Shown here piece after piece: positions 1-8,026 of a stretch of 45,482 nucleotides of DNA. Made by a program: the position numbers and the translations under genes. Source of the stretch: a virus (Duplodnaviria > Caudoviricetes); IMG/VR virus record IMGVR_UViG_3300048856_000132, positions 1-45,482 of that record, one strand, 5' to 3'. Numbering within the stretch: the stretch's first letter is position 1; the number at the start of each line of letters is the position of its first letter. The notes beneath the pieces are model-generated. The model saw only the letters and a list, made by a program, of their open reading frames with translations, made no database searches and was not told the origin of the DNA.

Positions 1-111
1 GCTGCGCTATCCGCCTGGTTAGAAGGTATCCCAGTCGAGGCGGCAAGGCGCCGGGTTCGAGCCGAGGTTGAAGCTGCCATTGCGGCCGCGTTGGCTGATG
101 AAGACGCTTAG
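1..111 (+). CDS. 3' end of a hypothetical gene truncated by the window edge (..AWLEGIPVEAARRRVRAEVEAAIAAALADEDA*)
   Basis: Open frame from base 1 to TAG at 109-111; homologous to the peptide at 1222-1311 with many synonymous differences. Confidence 0.55.
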   Translation, partial: AALSAWLEGIPVEAARRRVRAEVEAAIAAALADEDA

Positions 112-367
112 TCTGTGACGCCGAAGCTGCCGCCGGGAGGTGCTAGGGCCGCTCGATCGAAGTCCGAGGATCGGCAAAAACCGCTCGCTTTCAGTAGTGT
201 CAGAACCGTACATTCGGGTGACAAAGCCTTGTCGTCGCTTCTACAAAGGCAACCGCGGTCGGCGGGATTTAGGTGAGAAAAGCCAATATCCACAGCCGGT
301 TAATCAACTACCGTGAAACAATTTTTTGCTCTCTCCGCTTCCTCTCGATGCAAATCGGGAGGCCGCC

Positions 368-625
368 ATGCCGCGTTATTACTTCGACATCCACAAAAAC
401 GAGCAAGTGGTCCCGGATCTGGATGGCGTTGAAATGCCCGATCTCGCTGCGGCTGTGGACGAGGCCCACTTTGCGGCAAGGGAGATGATCGCAGAGGCTA
501 TCAAAGCCGACCGTCCATCGGTGTTGCGATACGCCTTTGAGATTGCCGATGGCGATGGCTCTACGCTCTATCGGGTGAAGTTCATCGAGTGCATAAACAG
601 AGGTTTCTCGAAGCTGCAGCCGTGA
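368..625 (+). CDS. DUF6894-like small protein
   Basis: MPRYYFDI..PDLDGVEMPDLAAAVDEA..AREMIAE signature; GGGAGG RBS before ATG 368. Confidence 0.8.
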   Translation: MPRYYFDIHKNEQVVPDLDGVEMPDLAAAVDEAHFAAREMIAEAIKADRPSVLRYAFEIADGDGSTLYRVKFIECINRGFSKLQP

Positions 626-680
626 CCGCCCTCGCATAAGGAATGAACGGCCGCGACACTCGCTAGGCCAGAAACGCAAG

Positions 681-716
681 AAGCCGCCGCCACCCGGTGA
701 AGGGCGACGGCGGCTT
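681..716 (-). terminator. Intrinsic terminator downstream of the 750..1058 gene
   Basis: AAGCCGCCGTCGCCC..GGGTGGCGGCGGCTTCTT on - strand; G.U pairs work only on the - strand. Confidence 0.7.
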
Positions 717-749
717 CGGCGTGGCTTCAATACGCCAGTCTCGAATGTC

Positions 750-1058
750 CTATCGCAGGCGGATGACGATGTCGTTGTCCCGGCGATCACGGCGATCTCG
801 ACGATGATCCCGGTCATGCCGCGAATGACGGCGCTCATAGCGATCTCGACGGTCGTGGCGATCCCGACGGTCGTATCCACTGCGGTGATGGCGACGCTCG
901 TAGCGATCACGATCATGGCCATGGCGGCGCCCCGTGTCGTGAACGAGGACGATGCCCGACGAGATGCCGTCTCGCGCCATTGCAGGAGCTGCCGTGCCGG
1001 TGAGACCCGCGGTCATGAGAGCCACGGCGACGGCGGCTGCTTTTAAGGATATGCGCAT
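750..1058 (-). CDS. Secreted Arg/Asp/His-rich low-complexity protein
   Basis: Signal peptide MRISLKAAAVAVALMTAGLTGTAAPAMA, then RHDRRDR-type repeats; GGAG RBS. Confidence 0.75.
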   Translation of the reverse strand: MRISLKAAAVAVALMTAGLTGTAAPAMARDGISSGIVLVHDTGRRHGHDRDRYERRHHRSGYDRRDRHDRRDRYERRHSRHDRDHRRDRRDRRDNDIVIRLR

Positions 1059-1085
1059 GAATTTCTCCAATATGAGTGAGCTGAG

Positions 1086-1110
1086 AACCCGGCGAACGGC
1101 TTTCCGTTCC
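1086..1110 (-). promoter_or_regulatory. EcfG/RpoE2 (general stress sigma)-type promoter
   Basis: GGAAC-N17-GTT on - strand, about 30 nt upstream of ATG 1058. Confidence 0.55.
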
Positions 1111-1218
1111 TCGGGAAGCGATCACTCGGCATGTGCATGCGACACGCGGAAGGCCCGCATCTTTCGGACCGCCCTGCTGCACCGTTCGCCTGTTGCATAG
1201 CCTGAACCGCTGATCGAC

Positions 1219-1311
1219 GTGGACGGAATCCACCTCGACGCGGCAAGGGTCCAGGTTCGCACGGAGGCCGAGGCAGCCATCGCGAGCGCCTTGGCGGCTG
1301 CAAAGGCGTAG
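1219..1311 (+). pseudogene. Remnant or mini-paralog of the gene ending at 111
   Basis: DGIHLDAARVQVRTEAEAAIASALAAAKA* aligns without gaps to 22-111 (17/29 aa identical); in-frame stop just upstream at 1198-1200. Confidence 0.55.
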
Positions 1312-1321
1312 TCCGAACCGC

Positions 1322-1360
1322 AAAAAGCCGCCGCCACCCCGTGAGGGGCGACGGCGGCTC
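1322..1360 (-). terminator. Intrinsic terminator ending the lysis/late operon
   Basis: GAGCCGCCGTCGCCCC-TCAC-GGGGTGGCGGCGGCTTTTT on - strand; near copy of 681-716. Confidence 0.8.
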
Positions 1361-1397
1361 AATCAATCGACGCTGGCTCGCTCGGCTTCCAGACGGC

Positions 1398-1700
1398 TCA
1401 CCGCGCCCGCATCAGCAGATCGATGCGGTCATGGATGAGCTGCAGCTGGTCGTCGATGCGGTCAACCTTGCGCGCCACACCTGAAATCAGCGCCATTTCC
1501 TCGTCGGCCAGGTGCATCTTCGCCGCGATCAGCAGCGGGTGCTCTGGCAGGTCCCGGGCATCGTAGGCGATGGGCCCGGGCGCCGGCGATTTGCGCATGG
1601 CGATCTGCCCGAGCAGCGTCAGCAGCGGCACGAAGAACGCGGTGCCGAGCGCCGTCACTGCCAGCGGGTTGTTGAGGAGGTCGATCAACCATTCCGGCAC
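1398..1700 (-). CDS. Single-TM protein with C-terminal coiled-coil-like segment (lysis cassette)
   Basis: GTG at 1700 (MPEWLIDLLNNPLAVTALGTAFFVPLLTLLGQIAM..KVDRIDDQLQLIHDRIDLL); the longer ORF-track N-terminus is a shadow frame. Confidence 0.65.
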   Translation of the reverse strand: MPEWLIDLLNNPLAVTALGTAFFVPLLTLLGQIAMRKSPAPGPIAYDARDLPEHPLLIAAKMHLADEEMALISGVARKVDRIDDQLQLIHDRIDLLMRAR

Positions 1701-2191
1701 GGCGTCTCTCGCTTGCGCATGATGTCGATGCTCGAGCGGATGACACCGAGGGATTCGAGGAAGACCCAGAAGAAGTAGCCGAGCGCGATCAGCCGGAAAC
1801 CCATCTGGGCGAAGATCAGGCAGTGCAGCGCCTGGTAGGCGATGCCGCAGACACCCGCCGTCCATCGCAGCCGCGGACTTCGCTGCCACTTGCCGTTGAT
1901 CACCGTCCCGGCGATCCGCGCCCCGCCGATCGCCAGGGCCACCAGTCCCCAGAAGACCGGATGGCCTGCCAGCGGAAAGGTCGCGTAGTAGGAAGCGCTC
2001 ATCCCGCCGACGAAGAGGATGGTCATGCCGCGGCTCACCACCCAGGTGCCGATGATGACCTCGACCAGCCGCCAGCCGTCGCCATAGAGATATTGCTCCC
2101 ACAGCGCGGTGACGGAAGCCTTGATCGTGTGGTGGCGCGTCCTGACGTCGGGGTAAACGGTCGATGCCCCTCGGGCCGTCACGGCCGACAC
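1685..2191 (-). CDS. Multi-pass membrane protein, holin candidate
   Basis: About four hydrophobic segments; lies within the lysis cassette; start codon uncertain. Confidence 0.6.
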   Translation of the reverse strand: MSAVTARGASTVYPDVRTRHHTIKASVTALWEQYLYGDGWRLVEVIIGTWVVSRGMTILFVGGMSASYYATFPLAGHPVFWGLVALAIGGARIAGTVINGKWQRSPRLRWTAGVCGIAYQALHCLIFAQMGFRLIALGYFFWVFLESLGVIRSSIDIMRKRETPCRNG

Positions 2192-2195
2192 GGGA

Positions 2196-2564
2196 TCACG
2201 ATCCCTGCGGCTTGGCATTGTCGATGGCGCGCTGCACGTGCGGCAGCACCAGGTCGCGGATCCGGCCTTCGTCCAGCGCCAGCGCCTTCACCGCATCCGG
2301 CACCGAGTTGCGGACGTAGCCGACCGCCGCGTCGAGCGCGACGCCCTTGGCTGTGCCGAGAACCTTGGACGGCCCGCCGGCGCGGATCAGCGCCGTCATC
2401 GCGGCATTCTCCAGGGCCGACTGCAGGATCTTCGCCTGCGCCTCGTCCTTCACCAGCTTGTTGGCCTGCAGCCAGGACATCAACGCCGGGATGAGGATGG
2501 CCGAGACGATCGTCAGCACCAAGGGCAGCAGTATCTCGACGAGAGTGGCGAGCGTGGTGTTCAT
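2196..2564 (-). CDS. N-terminal TM protein, LL-H-type holin-like or i-spanin-like
   Basis: Hydrophobic N-terminus (LVEILLPLVLTIVSAILIPALM) followed by a helical soluble domain; GAGGAG RBS. Confidence 0.65.
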   Translation of the reverse strand: MNTTLATLVEILLPLVLTIVSAILIPALMSWLQANKLVKDEAQAKILQSALENAAMTALIRAGGPSKVLGTAKGVALDAAVGYVRNSVPDAVKALALDEGRIRDLVLPHVQRAIDNAKPQGS

Positions 2565-2567
2565 GGG

Positions 2568-2894
2568 TCAGATCTCCTCTTTCGCGTCGGCATAGGCCGC
2601 GCTGATGGTGTCGAAGGCGGTGACGAGCGCGCCCAGGGCCTCGGCGGTGTCGGCGATCGGGCGGTCGGCGCAGATGCCGGTCACCACGGTATGGGCGGTT
2701 GCCTCGGCCTTGCGGATCTCGGCCGAGAGATCGAGCTGCCGCGACGCGACGACGAAGGCGAGATGCGTCGCCGGCTCGATGGCGCAGATCCGCTCGATCT
2801 TGTCGGCCGCGCTGGCGACCGCGCCATCGGTCGTCTGGCAGCCGGCAAGCGCCAGCAGCCCGGCGGCCGTGAGGGCCGTGAGAAGGGTCTTCAT
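2568..2894 (-). CDS. Lipoprotein, possible o-spanin
   Basis: Lipobox LALAG-C-QTT; directly after the endolysin; AGGAG RBS. Confidence 0.7.
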   Translation of the reverse strand: MKTLLTALTAAGLLALAGCQTTDGAVASAADKIERICAIEPATHLAFVVASRQLDLSAEIRKAEATAHTVVTGICADRPIADTAEALGALVTAFDTISAAYADAKEEI

Positions 2895-2940
2895 GGGGTG
2901 ATGCTCCTAGAGGGTTCCGGCGGTCCCGGCCGGTTCGGGA

Positions 2941-3708
2941 TCAGGTCAGGGAGACGTAGCGGGCGCTGACCCAGCCGAGGTGTCCACCGGGCGTGCGTGC
3001 GCAGTACCAGCCCTCGTCGCTGTCGACGATCGCGATGGCCGTGCCGCGCGGCAGGCCGCCGATGATGTCGCCGTCCAGGGCGCGGCGGAAGTTCAGCCAC
3101 CCCGCCGTTGTCGTGCCGCGCAGCTCCATCTCGCCCGGCGTGCCGGTCTCGGCCGCCGCCGGCTCTTCGATGGCCCGCACCGCGCCGCCGGCCATCGCTC
3201 GCTTCACCGCCATGCGCAGCCGGTCGCCGATCGCCCTGGCGCCAACGATGTCGGGATCGAAGGCGAGCCGCGTGAAATCCCACTTGCCGCGCTGCTTGTT
3301 GCCGAGATTGACCTCCACCTCGGCGTGAGAGAGCACCGTCTCCGGCCCGGGCGTGATGCCGTAGCGCCGACAGAGATCGGCGACGACCTCGACGAGCGTC
3401 GCCCACTGAGTCGCCGTCATCGGCGCGGCGCCAACCTTGAATGGGCTCTCGACGGCGCCGACCATGCAGGCCAGCGCCACGCCGATCGAGCCGCTGTTCG
3501 TGCCCAGCGTGTGGGCCGCATAATTGCCGCGGATCGGCGCCTGGTTGGCCTTGATCGACAGGTCGCCGCGCACGAGGTTGCCGTCGTCCTCGATGATCAG
3601 GTGGTAGTGCTGGCGATCGAGGGACGAGGCCTCGTATCGCCCGGCCGACCAGTGGCAGATGACGCGCGCCATCGTCGCCGCCGGCATCCAAGATGCGGGG
3701 ATGGTCAT
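2941..3708 (-). CDS. Endolysin: N-acetylmuramoyl-L-alanine amidase (Amidase_2) plus C-terminal SH3b
   Basis: VICHWSAG, HYHLII, AAHT..N..SIGV, SHAEV..KWD motifs; SH3-like LNFRR..GWY..GWVSARYV. Confidence 0.88.
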   Translation of the reverse strand: MTIPASWMPAATMARVICHWSAGRYEASSLDRQHYHLIIEDDGNLVRGDLSIKANQAPIRGNYAAHTLGTNSGSIGVALACMVGAVESPFKVGAAPMTATQWATLVEVVADLCRRYGITPGPETVLSHAEVEVNLGNKQRGKWDFTRLAFDPDIVGARAIGDRLRMAVKRAMAGGAVRAIEEPAAAETGTPGEMELRGTTTAGWLNFRRALDGDIIGGLPRGTAIAIVDSDEGWYCARTPGGHLGWVSARYVSLT

Positions 3709-3731
3709 GGTTCTCTCCTGTGGCAGACATG

Positions 3732-3754
3732 AAAAAGCCCGCGCAGAGCGGGCT
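3732..3754 (-). terminator. Intrinsic terminator just upstream of the endolysin RBS
   Basis: AGCCCGC-TCTGC-GCGGGCTTTTT on - strand. Confidence 0.7.
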
Positions 3755-3938
3755 GGACGAGGAAAGCGGTGCGAGCCCCGATGATCTCGGGAGGCTCACA
3801 CAAGCAAAGGCGTGGATAAGGGCCGACCAGTGTGACGGCGTGCCCGCCTACAGCGCTCTGAAGCAGGTCCCAGGCGGCGGTGTCTGGCGACAAGCCGGCC
3901 ATCGCCGCCTTCGACCGGGCACCATCGGGAGAAAATGC

Positions 3939-4067
3939 ATGCGCAGGACTGCTGCCGTTGCCGTTTGGCTCATCTCTCTTGAAGGTCAAGCGACGCTGGT
4001 GATCGCGCTGTTCCTCACAATGTGTCTCGGCTCGCTGGCACTGTTGGATACGCGTCCACCTCTGTGA
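3939..4067 (+). CDS. 42-aa hydrophobic membrane peptide
   Basis: GGGAG RBS; MRRTAAVAVWLISLEGQATLVIALFLTMCLGSLALLDTRPPL. Confidence 0.5.
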   Translation: MRRTAAVAVWLISLEGQATLVIALFLTMCLGSLALLDTRPPL

Positions 4068-4119
4068 CATGTTCGAGGAGCGCGTCCGTGATCCGCACGG
4101 CTGTTTCCTATGGCTCATG

Positions 4120-4146
4120 AAAAAAGCGCCCGGCGAGGAGCGCCTT
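4120..4146 (-). terminator. Intrinsic terminator
   Basis: GCGCTC-CTCGCC-GGGCGCTTTTTT on - strand. Confidence 0.6.
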
Positions 4147-4205
4147 GCGGTCAAGAATAAGGCCCGCGTGAGCGAGCCGGGGATCATCGAAGGGGGCGCT
4201 TCTGC

Positions 4206-4349
4206 CTACCAGACTGAAGTCCAGTCATTCGGCCACATCGACGTCGTGGCGGGCGGCGCATCCCCGGCGGGGATCTGTCGGTCCAGCGCCCCGGCCAGCG
4301 CCTTGACCGCTTCCAGCAGGGCTTTGACTTCGTCATTGGTGAGGGGCAT
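4206..4349 (-). CDS. 47-aa hypothetical protein (MPLTNDEVKALLEAVKALAG..)
   Basis: AAGGA RBS before ATG 4349; amphipathic helix and Trp-rich tail. Confidence 0.5.
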   Translation of the reverse strand: MPLTNDEVKALLEAVKALAGALDRQIPAGDAPPATTSMWPNDWTSVW

Positions 4350-4542
4350 TGCGATTCCTTTCCATGTGGCACAGAAGGCGGCCCATCGCGAAGATCGCGA
4401 GAGATGCGCCGAACAATGAGACTTGGAAGTCTCCGACGATTGCACCGTAAGGGATCCCGCACATCCCGATGGCCAGTTGCGCCAGATCACTGATGTAAAA
4501 TGCGTCCCGGCAGGCCCTGCGATCAGCCTTGGGATTGTCCAT
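4333..4542 (-). CDS. 69-aa small membrane protein (MDNPKADRR..)
   Basis: GGAG RBS; two hydrophobic stretches; overlaps the next small ORF. Confidence 0.5.
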   Translation of the reverse strand: MDNPKADRRACRDAFYISDLAQLAIGMCGIPYGAIVGDFQVSLFGASLAIFAMGRLLCHMERNRNAPHQ

Positions 4543-4756
4543 GCAGTCGCTCCATGAAAAGCCCGGTGTGCGCGAGCCTCTGGGTATTGGCTTGCACAGG
4601 CAGGTTGGGCATGGTCGCACCCGCACAGGTCACGCGATGCCCGACGTCGTCATGCGACAGGACAGAATGAGGAATAAATGCTTGAGACGCTTCGGAAGAA
4701 AGCTTCCGCCGGGAATTTAGACGTAATGGCTCTAAGGCAGGCCATTAAGGACATCG

Positions 4757-5935
4757 ATGTGGGCAGGATCTGACAAATTGGACGCGCAGTTAAAGCTAGC
4801 CTCTATCCGCGGCACTCCAGTCGCCACAACTGACAATCTTCCGGCATTGACGAGCCTACGATTCTTCGCGGCTTTCGCTATCGTGATCGAGCATGCGAGG
4901 GGGGTATACCTCCCTCAGTGGCTGCTTGAAGGGTGGCCATTGGATAATGGTGTCAGCTTCTTTTACGTGCTGTCTGGATTCATATTAGCCTACACCACTC
5001 AAAAGCCGGCATGGCGCAAGGACTTTTATCTGCGACGTATCGCCAGAATTTGGCCCGCACACGTGGCCACACTTCTCTTATTCTTCGTCATCGTAGGAGA
5101 GCCGACTCGGTGGGGAGGAAAGGATACGCTGCTCGTTGGCCTAGCGAACCTTTCACTGCTGCATGCATGGATCCCAAACTATTTAGTGTTTTTCTCCTAC
5201 AACAGCGTGTCATGGTCGCTTTCAGTTGAAGCGTTCTTTTACTTCATGTTCCCGTTCATCATCGTAGATTTCAAGCGACGATTTGGCTTGTGGCTTTGCG
5301 CTTCACTGCTGGCTGTCGCTGCTCTCGCAGCCTTTGCGAATTATATCCAAGCCGGACAGTTCACCCCGGACAATTACGGGCCGACGATACCAGCTCTAAT
5401 GTACATAAATCCCTTGGCCCGCTTGTTCGAGTTTGTCCTCGGCATGACTGCCGCTCTTCTGTTTATCGCAACCTCGAAGAGCGCATCGAAGTCCGCGTTT
5501 CTGTGCACTTTGATACAGGGCATCTCAATTGCTGCAGTATTTATTTCATGGACTTATGCATCTACCCTGGTGGCCATGATGCTAGATATGTCGCCTGCGC
5601 TAGGTGAATGGCTGGCAAAAGGGGGGGTTACCTGTTTTTCATCTGCGGCAATTATCTATGCATTCGCATTAGGACGCGGCTGGCTCGCCAGGGCAATGTC
5701 CCTCGGCATTCTCGTTTGGCTTGGCGAGATATCTTTCTCCTTATACCTTGTGCACCAGCTCCCCATTACGGCCTACTACGTCAATGGTGGGGCCGAGTGG
5801 GGCGTCCCTCCCTCACTGCTGACGCCAGGATACCTGATATTTGTCTTTGCGCTCGCTGCCGCGGTCCATCACTGTGTCGAACGGCCAGCACGAAAGTGGA
5901 TCGTCTCCAGCCGGCTTAGTTCCGCGGCAAACTGA
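4757..5935 (+). CDS. Acyltransferase family 3 (OafA/Oac-like membrane O-acyltransferase)
   Basis: LTSLRFFAA..H, GVSFFYVLSGFIL, RRIARIWP, WSLSVEAFFY, GEISFSLYLVH, VERP motifs; about 10 TM segments; lower GC, opposite strand to late genes. Confidence 0.93.
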   Translation: MWAGSDKLDAQLKLASIRGTPVATTDNLPALTSLRFFAAFAIVIEHARGVYLPQWLLEGWPLDNGVSFFYVLSGFILAYTTQKPAWRKDFYLRRIARIWPAHVATLLLFFVIVGEPTRWGGKDTLLVGLANLSLLHAWIPNYLVFFSYNSVSWSLSVEAFFYFMFPFIIVDFKRRFGLWLCASLLAVAALAAFANYIQAGQFTPDNYGPTIPALMYINPLARLFEFVLGMTAALLFIATSKSASKSAFLCTLIQGISIAAVFISWTYASTLVAMMLDMSPALGEWLAKGGVTCFSSAAIIYAFALGRGWLARAMSLGILVWLGEISFSLYLVHQLPITAYYVNGGAEWGVPPSLLTPGYLIFVFALAAAVHHCVERPARKWIVSSRLSSAAN

Positions 5936-7961
5936 ACTTCATGTGAATCTCGGTATTGTCTGACGTGACGGGGTCTCCTCCAGATGCGCTGTAAATGATA
6001 ACTGCGGAGGAATCCGCCGAATTAGATCCGTTGACGGCCCCCCCAGTTGTCAGATTGCTTCCGTGGATCGTTTTAACGCCAGGAACAGGCACTGGCAGGT
6101 CCATGTGTAAGCCAATCCCGCCATTTCGGGCGCCAATGATTACCTTAGCCTCGCCCTCGACTACTGAGCCGTTATAGTGGAAGCGGCCGGATTGACTCGT
6201 AATTGTATAGGTTCCGCCAGAAGCAGCGCGGAAATTCGGAGCAAAATTTTTCCAAAGCGTCGGGAAAGCGTCCGGGGCGAAAACAGTCGCCCAACCACCC
6301 GTGTCAACTGGACGACTATTGGCATCATAGGAATGAAGGTGGATTTCGGACCCGGCCTGGTTCACCAACGGCAGCCGGATAGAGATCCCGCCTGCCGGGT
6401 TCACCTGCCGCGAGTTAGCGCCAATCTCGGCGGCAACATTTTCGCCGCGCAAGGAGTTTTTGCGGACAACAGCGTCGCGGAGGTCGATGGCATACCCGTC
6501 GCAGTTACGGAAGCTGGCGTCGATGATTGGCTCTTCGAGAGAGCCGAGGCCGAGCAACCCAACGCCCGCAATGTTCTTGACGGTGACGCTCGACTTGATG
6601 ATGGGCCGGATGGCATCGGCCAGATAGATGCCCGAGCGGGGGGCCGCGCTGACCGCGTTCGTGTCGATCTGCAGACCGTCGACTTCGAGGAAGTTAGTAT
6701 AGGATGCCGACAGGCTCGCACCGAACATAGGATGCACAACGCTCCCGCCACCGTGCATGACAGCCGCCTTTGCGCAATTATACAGCCGTCCGCCGGTGAT
6801 TTTGATGTTCGTCGCCGGCCCTCGCAGCGCAACGTTCGGGTGATCCGGTCGGAGGTCATCGAAGGCGCACATCAGAATGCCAGGGCCGCCCGTCTCGTTT
6901 GCCGTTGGATCGACAATGCTGCCCCCGTCGACGCCGTACATAGCGAAGCCGGCGCCCCAAGATCCATACTCCGCCTGACAGCTAAGATAGTGAATGTTCT
7001 TGGCACGTCGCGTGCCGGATGCATAAGTGGTTGCCGAGAAGCAGTCATCCTGCGCATTTCTGATATGGTCCGCCATGGCCCAACAATTTTGTGAGCCGTA
7101 GGCAAAATGGATTCCGTCTGCGAACAGATCGTGCATGTAATTCTGAAAAGTCCAAACCCAGTCGCACTGATGGAACCACGCGCCGGCTAATGAGTATGAG
7201 GACTGGCTGCGCAGCAGTCGGATGAACGAACTATTGTAGAAGTAGAAACCGAACTTCGTTGTTTCGCGAGAACCCGTCTGCGGGCCTTCGATGGTGAGGC
7301 CATCGATTGTCACATGCGATACCGACATGCCTTGGATGGCGTGATGCTCGCTGGCATCGTCGTAATAAAGCTTGCCATCCCCGATGCCTTGTATTTTCAC
7401 GCCACTTTGCGTCAGCTGCCAACCGTCCGGCACCCGGCACGGTCGATCAATCACGAGCTTTCGGTTGCCCCAGCCTTCGAGGAGCGCTTCGTTGATCTTT
7501 TTGAACGCCGCATCGTGGTCGCCGTTCGGCTGGCCCCGGGGTATCGCGAAGCGGCCAGGCGTGAGATATTCCGGGTTGATCGCGATATAGGCCTTGGTCA
7601 GCCCGGTCGGATCGTCAGCCGGCGGGTTGATGAGACCCTTTCCGACCTTCGTCGCCCGCGTCGCGAAATTCCCAGTCTTGAGCGCAAAGGCGCCGCCTGC
7701 ATCCTCCGCGGCCAGATAGGCCAGCGGGCGGCTGGCCGGGAGCGCAGCCATCTCGTCCAGTGTGTTGACCGGCCAGACGACTGGGCCGGTGTGGTTCTCG
7801 CGGGCATAGGCGTCCGCGCCGACTCCGGTGGGATCGATGCCTTCGATCGCTTCGTCGATCTGCGTCAGGGCATCCCGCAGCCGCGGCACATCCTCGAGGC
7901 GGGGATTGTTCGCGGCGTTCGGCAGCGGCAGGTCGAGGTGCGGGGTGCGATCGTCGATCAA
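5916..7961 (-). CDS. Tailspike / depolymerase-type receptor-binding protein (right-handed beta-helix)
   Basis: N-terminal anchor DDRTPHLDLPLP..DVPRLRDALTQID; D..AAF..INEA neck; pectate-lyase-like repeats (DGIHF..DDCFS); probable TTG start at 7961 with GGAG RBS (GTG 7979 is an alternative). Confidence 0.82.
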   Translation of the reverse strand: MIDDRTPHLDLPLPNAANNPRLEDVPRLRDALTQIDEAIEGIDPTGVGADAYARENHTGPVVWPVNTLDEMAALPASRPLAYLAAEDAGGAFALKTGNFATRATKVGKGLINPPADDPTGLTKAYIAINPEYLTPGRFAIPRGQPNGDHDAAFKKINEALLEGWGNRKLVIDRPCRVPDGWQLTQSGVKIQGIGDGKLYYDDASEHHAIQGMSVSHVTIDGLTIEGPQTGSRETTKFGFYFYNSSFIRLLRSQSSYSLAGAWFHQCDWVWTFQNYMHDLFADGIHFAYGSQNCWAMADHIRNAQDDCFSATTYASGTRRAKNIHYLSCQAEYGSWGAGFAMYGVDGGSIVDPTANETGGPGILMCAFDDLRPDHPNVALRGPATNIKITGGRLYNCAKAAVMHGGGSVVHPMFGASLSASYTNFLEVDGLQIDTNAVSAAPRSGIYLADAIRPIIKSSVTVKNIAGVGLLGLGSLEEPIIDASFRNCDGYAIDLRDAVVRKNSLRGENVAAEIGANSRQVNPAGGISIRLPLVNQAGSEIHLHSYDANSRPVDTGGWATVFAPDAFPTLWKNFAPNFRAASGGTYTITSQSGRFHYNGSVVEGEAKVIIGARNGGIGLHMDLPVPVPGVKTIHGSNLTTGGAVNGSNSADSSAVIIYSASGGDPVTSDNTEIHMKFSLPRN

Positions 7962-7979
7962 GGCTTGAGCTCCAGACAC

Positions 7980-8003
7980 AAAAAAACCGCCTCAGAGGGC
8001 GGC
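7980..8003 (-). terminator. Intrinsic terminator directly upstream of the tailspike gene
   Basis: CCGCC-CTCTGA-GGCGGTTTTTTT on - strand. Confidence 0.75.
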
Positions 8004-8026
8004 TGGTGGGTGGACGGTGGCGGCGG

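Noticed and set aside
770-925. Short GCGATC/GACGG repeats as a possible CRISPR or ncRNA array
   Set aside because: Irregular, no constant repeat-spacer period; explained by the RHDRRD coding repeats; no cas genes
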